A stretch of 64,000 nt of DNA, taken from Blepharisma stoltei ATCC 30299. Taxonomy: Eukaryota > Protista > Ciliophora. The translations under genes were made by a program, and so were the position numbers. Below, piece after piece: positions 58,657-64,000 of this stretch; position 1 is the stretch's first letter, and every line of letters begins with the position of its first letter. The notes under the pieces were generated by a model. That model saw only the letters and a program-made list of their open reading frames with translations. It made no database searches and was not told the DNA's origin. Location of the stretch: NCBI GenBank assembly GCA_965603825.1, contig CBFDEM010000011.1:124001-188000 (forward strand), given 5' to 3'.

Positions 58657-59331
58657 TTATCTTAACCCTGCTCTTAAATGTCTACAAGTAAATGTCTCAT
58701 CTACATTATCGTTCACAAATAAGCTTTTATAGACTTCATTTTCCATATTCTTTAAATGTGCAGTCATAATAGGGTCTTCTTCTGCTAATTTAGCCTTTTT
58801 AATAGGCTGGCCGGCATCTTTGGAATTATTTTTTGATTTTACGAGAGACTTTCTTTTACTTCGTTGCTCTTCTTCGGATTGATTAAGGCTGATAGTTTCT
58901 GCAATAGGTTCTCCACATACTAAGCAATTTTTGCTTGGTATTTCTTTTAAAGATGCTTCAGACATGACGCAGCCACAATTCCAGTTAATTATGAAGCGAT
59001 TTGACCCATTAAGTTCTAGACCACTGATAGGACAGATAAAACGATCTGAATCTGGAGCTTGGGCTATATTAGCATCTTTTATATCTTTTAGTTTTGATAT
59101 GTGCTGAAGAGATTTTGGGAGGGATTTTTGAGATAGAGCAATAAGAAGATTTGGCTTATTGAATAAAAATCCTAATTTGCATGCGACGATAGGAGGTGCA
59201 AGAGGTTCTTGAGTTAATGCGCAGAGGCGAGCTCTTGCTGCACGAAGAGCTGCTTTGTCGATTTTAAGAGGTCTTTTCTTGTCTTTTGCTAAATCACTTC
59301 GTTTAGCTATAGATCCGCCATCATTTCCCAT
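58657..59331 (-). CDS. RTF2: Replication termination factor 2 homolog
   Basis: MGNDGGSI, CALTQEPL..PIVACKLG.LFNK, FICPISGLELNG, CGCV.SE and YKSLF. Confidence 0.95.
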   Translation of the reverse strand: MGNDGGSIAKRSDLAKDKKRPLKIDKAALRAARARLCALTQEPLAPPIVACKLGFLFNKPNLLIALSQKSLPKSLQHISKLKDIKDANIAQAPDSDRFICPISGLELNGSNRFIINWNCGCVMSEASLKEIPSKNCLVCGEPIAETISLNQSEEEQRSKRKSLVKSKNNSKDAGQPIKKAKLAEEDPIMTAHLKNMENEVYKSLFVNDNVDETFTCRHLRAGLR

Positions 59332-59652
59332 TTATAAAAGAAAGAAAGAAAGTGGTAAATGCTTTTACTATATAATTTTTTGCTAATAATTTACTTAGTT
59401 TTCTTTTAATGAAAAGTCGTATTATAATTTTCTTTATAAAAAGGCTGAATCGAACTTCTCGCTATTTTATTTTTTAATATAAGTTAAGCGCAGCTTGATG
59501 TCAGCAAGTATGCAAAACTCTCAAGCAGCAATAATTTATGATTGTTTCTTGCTTAATTTGATTACTCAACACTGAAATTTGACTGCTTCGTTATTCTGTA
59601 GCTTCTACTTAATTCAGGAGATTTATTATCTTAATTATTTCTTAGAAATATT

Positions 59653-60846
59653 ATGGCAGAAGAAACATATGCCTTAAACATTTTTGCCTGGGTTTTTTAT
59701 TTACTGTTTGTAAAAGCACTTTATATATTCTTTGGACTCTACTTTTATCGAAAAAACAAATTCAGACATTTATTCGAGCAATCATCTCAAATACTCACGA
59801 TCTCCTTAATCACAAATTTAATTAATTCTCAAGTAGCAATTTGTTTATCCTTTGTGACGATATTTGATATGTTTTATATACCTCAAACTATAATTCCGAT
59901 TTATATTCTTTATGGTTTAACTCATCACATATATTATATTGTGAACTTATTGAGGATGTATCGATTAGGACTTCTTGATAGAGTTAAATCAGGAGAAATA
60001 AAAAACTATGAACACTATTTAAAACTAAGAAAAAGAATCGAAAACAAATGAAATTTCAAGATTATCACTGTTTACTCACTAATTATTGTATCAATTAGCT
60101 GCTCAATGTTCATTCCTAGCATTATATATCATTCAGAACATTTTATTGATAGCATTTTTGAAGGGACTTATTTTATATGGTGGTGCTTTGTTGTTGTGAT
60201 GGAAGAAATTGGATATATGATCTATATTTATAAAATCCGCAAAGTTCACAGAAGATACCACATAAAGCTGGAGTTATATTTATTTTTAGCTATATGGGCA
60301 ATAGGCTTAATTGCTCCTTTTGCCAATTTTGTATCATTTTATTTATATACAGTCCCAATCAGGAACTTATTAATGTTCGTAACCTCTCATATCTGCTTAT
60401 ATGAGGAATCCAAAAAATTAAAATCAGAAGTTCCTCTGCCAAATTTAAATGATTCTAGACTGATTGCAGAAAGTGCAGTTGTCTATAATCATTTCAGTAG
60501 GTATATATCGAGAAGCAAAAACAAGAAATGACAGTTTTATTTGGAGCTGCTAATGCTGATCAATATATATAAACTGCATCCAAACACTCGAGAAGGACTA
60601 AATATATATGAGGAATATCTAAAAGAAAATGAGCTCATAAGTGAAAGCTTAGCACGGAAGGTCAGAAAAATAATAAACTCTGATCCGTATTTTCAAAAAG
60701 AAGATACAGCTTTATTTGATTGTGTTGAACTTTTTTTGACTCATTTTTTTAATAATGAGGTATTCCCGGAGTTTCATAAGTCGAATGACTTTAAGAAGTT
60801 GCAGGAAGAAACAGATTACAATAATCAAATGATAGGCCTTTATTAG
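59653..60846 (+). CDS. Seven-transmembrane RGS-domain protein (7TM-RGS), 397 aa
   Basis: Three track ORFs are in one frame, joined by TGA 60049-60051 and 60529-60531. Seven hydrophobic segments precede an RGS-like tail: HFSRYI..YK..NIYEEYL..ISESLARKV..LFD..NEVFPEFHKSNDF. Confidence 0.8.
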
Positions 60847-60999
60847 TATGTTTTATATCAAAAATTGTAGAATAACTATTTGTTCTTAACATAATTATAA
60901 ATGCTATATTTAGCATTGGTTCATAAAATCAAATATCAATTTTTTCCCAAGCATTTTATTGGCAGGATTTATAATGTTATATTAGTTAATTTATCTAAA

Positions 61000-63651
61000 T
61001 TAATGCGCAATCATTTGATTTATCCACTGAGCATCGACAACTTCTGCTTTTGATTCAAAGCGAATTCTCTGTCCTAGGTTTAAAATATGTGTTACATCTT
61101 TTGTTAAACCATTTCTGACTTCTCCTCCATGAGCCTCTATTTTCAGCTGATACAGCTCAACCCACAGATCTCTGCCGTTAAAAAGAGGATCAGGCAGATC
61201 AGATTTATAAATAAAAAAAACTTTGCTTAAAAACTTATAAGCAGGAATCCTAAAAACATTTGCTTTAATTTCCTCAGGAATTCGATTTCATCAATTGCTC
61301 TCAATCGTTTTTTTAACCTGATTAAGCTCCCTTTCAGGGAAATTTTTAGCAATTTCTAATAGCTCATCAACTGATCTATAAGGAATACTTAAAGAGTCTC
61401 CATACTTTGTAAATTCTTTTTCAAAATAATTCCTTGTCTCGTCGCTCGCATGGAGCACATATTTCGGTCTTAATTCCATTTTTTCTTGATATTTAACACA
61501 ATCCACCAGCCAATCTGGAGAAAGAATATCCAAGCCATATTTTTCTATTAAATTTCTGACTTTCATTGACGAAGAATCAGACGCTATTATATGTGTAACA
61601 GTCGGCAAATAATTCTGGACCTTTCTGCCTCCATTTTCTACGATTTTTATTTCCAAATCACTCTTATCATATCCTCTACAAGAAACAATAAAAAACTCAC
61701 ACCCATCAAAAATAGCCGATGTAGGTATAATTTCTGATGTATCAGTGTCCATAAATTGTGGCATTACTTGTCCTTTTGGGATGGTTTTAATCTCTCTTTT
61801 CCTTTTTCTGGTAGGCTCATCTTCTATTTGGACAGCATCAATTCTTGCTGTTGGCTCAGTTATTCCTCGCTTGAAGCTGTCAATAATAGTTTGGACTTCA
61901 GTCATACTTGTGGCTTGGTCCCAATTTTTGTCATATCTGATTCTCGCAACTTTTGGAAATCTCAATGTGTTGTTTGATGGGAATTTTTCAGATGGAACGA
62001 TCTCGGCTGCTTTTACTTCAAGGATAACTGATTTTGAAGGGTCGTTTATGAAGTAATCAGGCCTCTCGCCAGGTCCTGGGACTCATTTAGGCCAATATGG
62101 AGGTGACTGTCGGAAAGGTTTCCATTGGTCTCTTAGTCTTCTTCTAAGTTCGCCTAGTTCAGGTATAGAATACCCTGTTCCAACTTTTGTGATAGGGACA
62201 AATTTGCTTTTAAGTGGATCTTTTAAGTCGATTTTGCTTGGTGATGCCAGTAAAAATACAGTGATATGGTCAAATTCATCACCATCCCCAGTCCTATGAC
62301 CACTTCCATAATAGCCTCCAACTATTAGAAAATCTAAAGAGTCACTTAGCCCATCAAAATAGTCACTTTTCATTTTTAGCCACAAAGAGCTTCTATCATC
62401 AGGAATATAAGGAGAATCCACTCTTTTTATAATAAGCCCTTCTTCATTTCTTTCAATAGCTACATTAAATTGGTCAAAAACCATTTTCGAACCTTTTACT
62501 TGTGAAAATTTCACTTTTTCAAGTCTTTTAGGGACATCAGTTAATGTCTTGTCTAAAATCTGCTTTCTGTCACTTAAAGGCTTTGGCATAAGATCATGCT
62601 TTGTGCCATCTGCTGTTTCTATATATAAAATGTCAAAAACCATATAGCAAAGACATTTTCCTGGAGTGTTTTCATTAGCAACAGTTTTATTTTGTCCAAA
62701 AGAGGCAGGAGCGTCAAGACCTAGATCCCAGACTATGAGCTCTCCGTCTAGAATGCAAGCATTAACTCCGTGGACATTTTCTAGAATTAATTCTCTTAGA
62801 CTTCTCCCATACATCATTGTATAATCAACTGCATTTCTACTGAAAAATTTAATATTGCCATCAGAGCAATAATGGCATTGGATTCTTTCTCCATCAAATT
62901 TTGTTTCAACATAAACTTCTTGGTTTATTAGTAATTTTTTTAGTTCCTGGAATGGCTTTCTCCCAGCAAGCATTGGTCTTATTGGCTGGCCCCATGTAAA
63001 AAGTTGAACTCCAAGCTCAATGTTTTTATCTTTTAATTTTGTAAAGACTTCTCTTAAATTGTTTGTATTATAATAAATTTCAAGCGCTTTATCATGAAAA
63101 GAACTTAAAAGCTTCTCGTGTGTCCCTAGTTTCATATCTTTCAGAATGATCTTCACAAGTCATTTCTGCTCAATAGCGCTCATTCTTCTAACTAACTCAG
63201 ATAAAATTTTTTTCTTTGCTGGCTTATCAAGCGCATTGGCCAGGTCGTCGAGATAAGCATTGATTTCTTCTACTGTAAGATTTTGAGAGTCTCCTACACG
63301 ATTTCTTATTATGAACTCTAAGACCTCCACAAATCCTCCAGCTGGACAGCCGGGTAATTGCTTTTTTGGGTCTTTGAAATGGATTAAAGCTTCTTTTTCT
63401 CGATTTGGGAGGCTGAGAAGCTCAGCGTAATATTTCGCTAAGGTGACTTCTTTAAGCCCGTATTGGCCTCTTTCCATATCAAAATTCGGAATCATTAGTC
63501 TGACAATTGGAAAGAAATTCGTGACTTTTGAGTGCTCAAAAAATTCTTTTAAAGCTTGAGTTTTTCTTTTCCCTTTGATGCCTGAAAGCTTTTCCATAAA
63601 ATCGCAAATACGGATAAAAGGAACGCTGCATTTGTTGTCTGCTTCCCCCAT
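61000..63651 (-). CDS. LIG4: DNA ligase IV (NHEJ), 883 aa with two BRCT domains
   Basis: ERGQYGLKE, EQKW(TGA)LVKII, ETKFDGER (adenylated Lys), ILDGE, EEGLIIK, WLKMKSDY, TLRFP..IRYDK, and BRCT ends PDWLVDC and DAQWI. TGA read-through joins three track ORFs. Confidence 0.96.
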
Positions 63652-63704
63652 TTTAATTATTTTAATACAGAAATGTACAGTATTGAATTTACTTTAAGTA
63701 GATT

Positions 63705-64000
63705 TTAAAATTGTAGGGTCAAAGAAGTTAAAAAATTTAATTTGCTAAGGAAAAGCATTGGAAAGCTAAACTTTTTGAAATTAATATTGATTATAAATTT
63801 TATTCAAAAATGTGATCCATGGCCAAAAAATAGCCTTATAGGGCTATTTTCAGAGAAAACCCATAATATAAGTTTTGCATGCAAAACGATAAGTGGTCGC
63901 ATTAATTTGGTTTTGAATTCTACAAGCCAAGTGGATTTTAACATATTAAGATTTGAAATTGCCAGGTCTTCGTGCATTTCTTCGTTTTGGCAATCTATAC
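63705..64000 (-). CDS. Possible 3' end of a gene starting beyond the window
   Basis: 98 codons free of TAA/TAG (IDCQNEEMHEDLAIS...). No family recognised and the true end is uncertain. Confidence 0.3.

Noticed and set aside
63827-63887. Short hairpin AAAATAGCC..GGCTATTTT and 16-bp palindrome GTTTTGCATGCAAAAC upstream of LIG4
   Set aside because: Short, AT-rich and inside a possible coding frame, so they cannot be distinguished from chance.

Overview
Gene-dense, AT-rich eukaryotic DNA, most likely the macronuclear genome of a heterotrich ciliate (Blepharisma-like). Two features explain why the supplied ORF track is fragmented. First, TGA is read as Trp, and only TAA and TAG terminate. Second, the introns are tiny GT-AG introns of 15-16 nt; I found 12. 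Re-read this way, the window holds about 33 genes. The recognisable ones are a dynein heavy chain C-terminus, TFIIB, two ITPases, two C2H2 zinc-finger paralogs, a DUSP, a PARP, IST1, two 3CxxC zinc-finger proteins, Pirh2/RCHY1, a P5B ATPase, a p62/NBR1-like receptor, RPL18, a MORN/IQ protein, a VPS9 GEF, a CEP57-like protein, a GST, a cNMP-binding protein, an importin-beta, a sugar porter, PP2A-A, AMPK-alpha, RTF2 and DNA ligase IV. The most interesting items are invisible or shattered in the ORF track: (1) a recent 5'-truncated non-LTR retrotransposon with a 17-bp target-site duplication, an (ATT)n tail and an intact UGA=Trp zinc-knuckle frame; (2) a 7TM-RGS receptor-like protein; (3) a single 3165-aa multi-pass membrane protein with tandem winged-helix-like repeats, a long helical solenoid and EF-hands; (4) a perfect 26-bp-arm GC-rich palindrome next to an orphan gene; (5) a decayed PVL-type (fungal/bacterial) lectin propeller; and (6) an ITPase paralog with an altered base-binding motif. 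All calls are from manual reading; no database searches were run.
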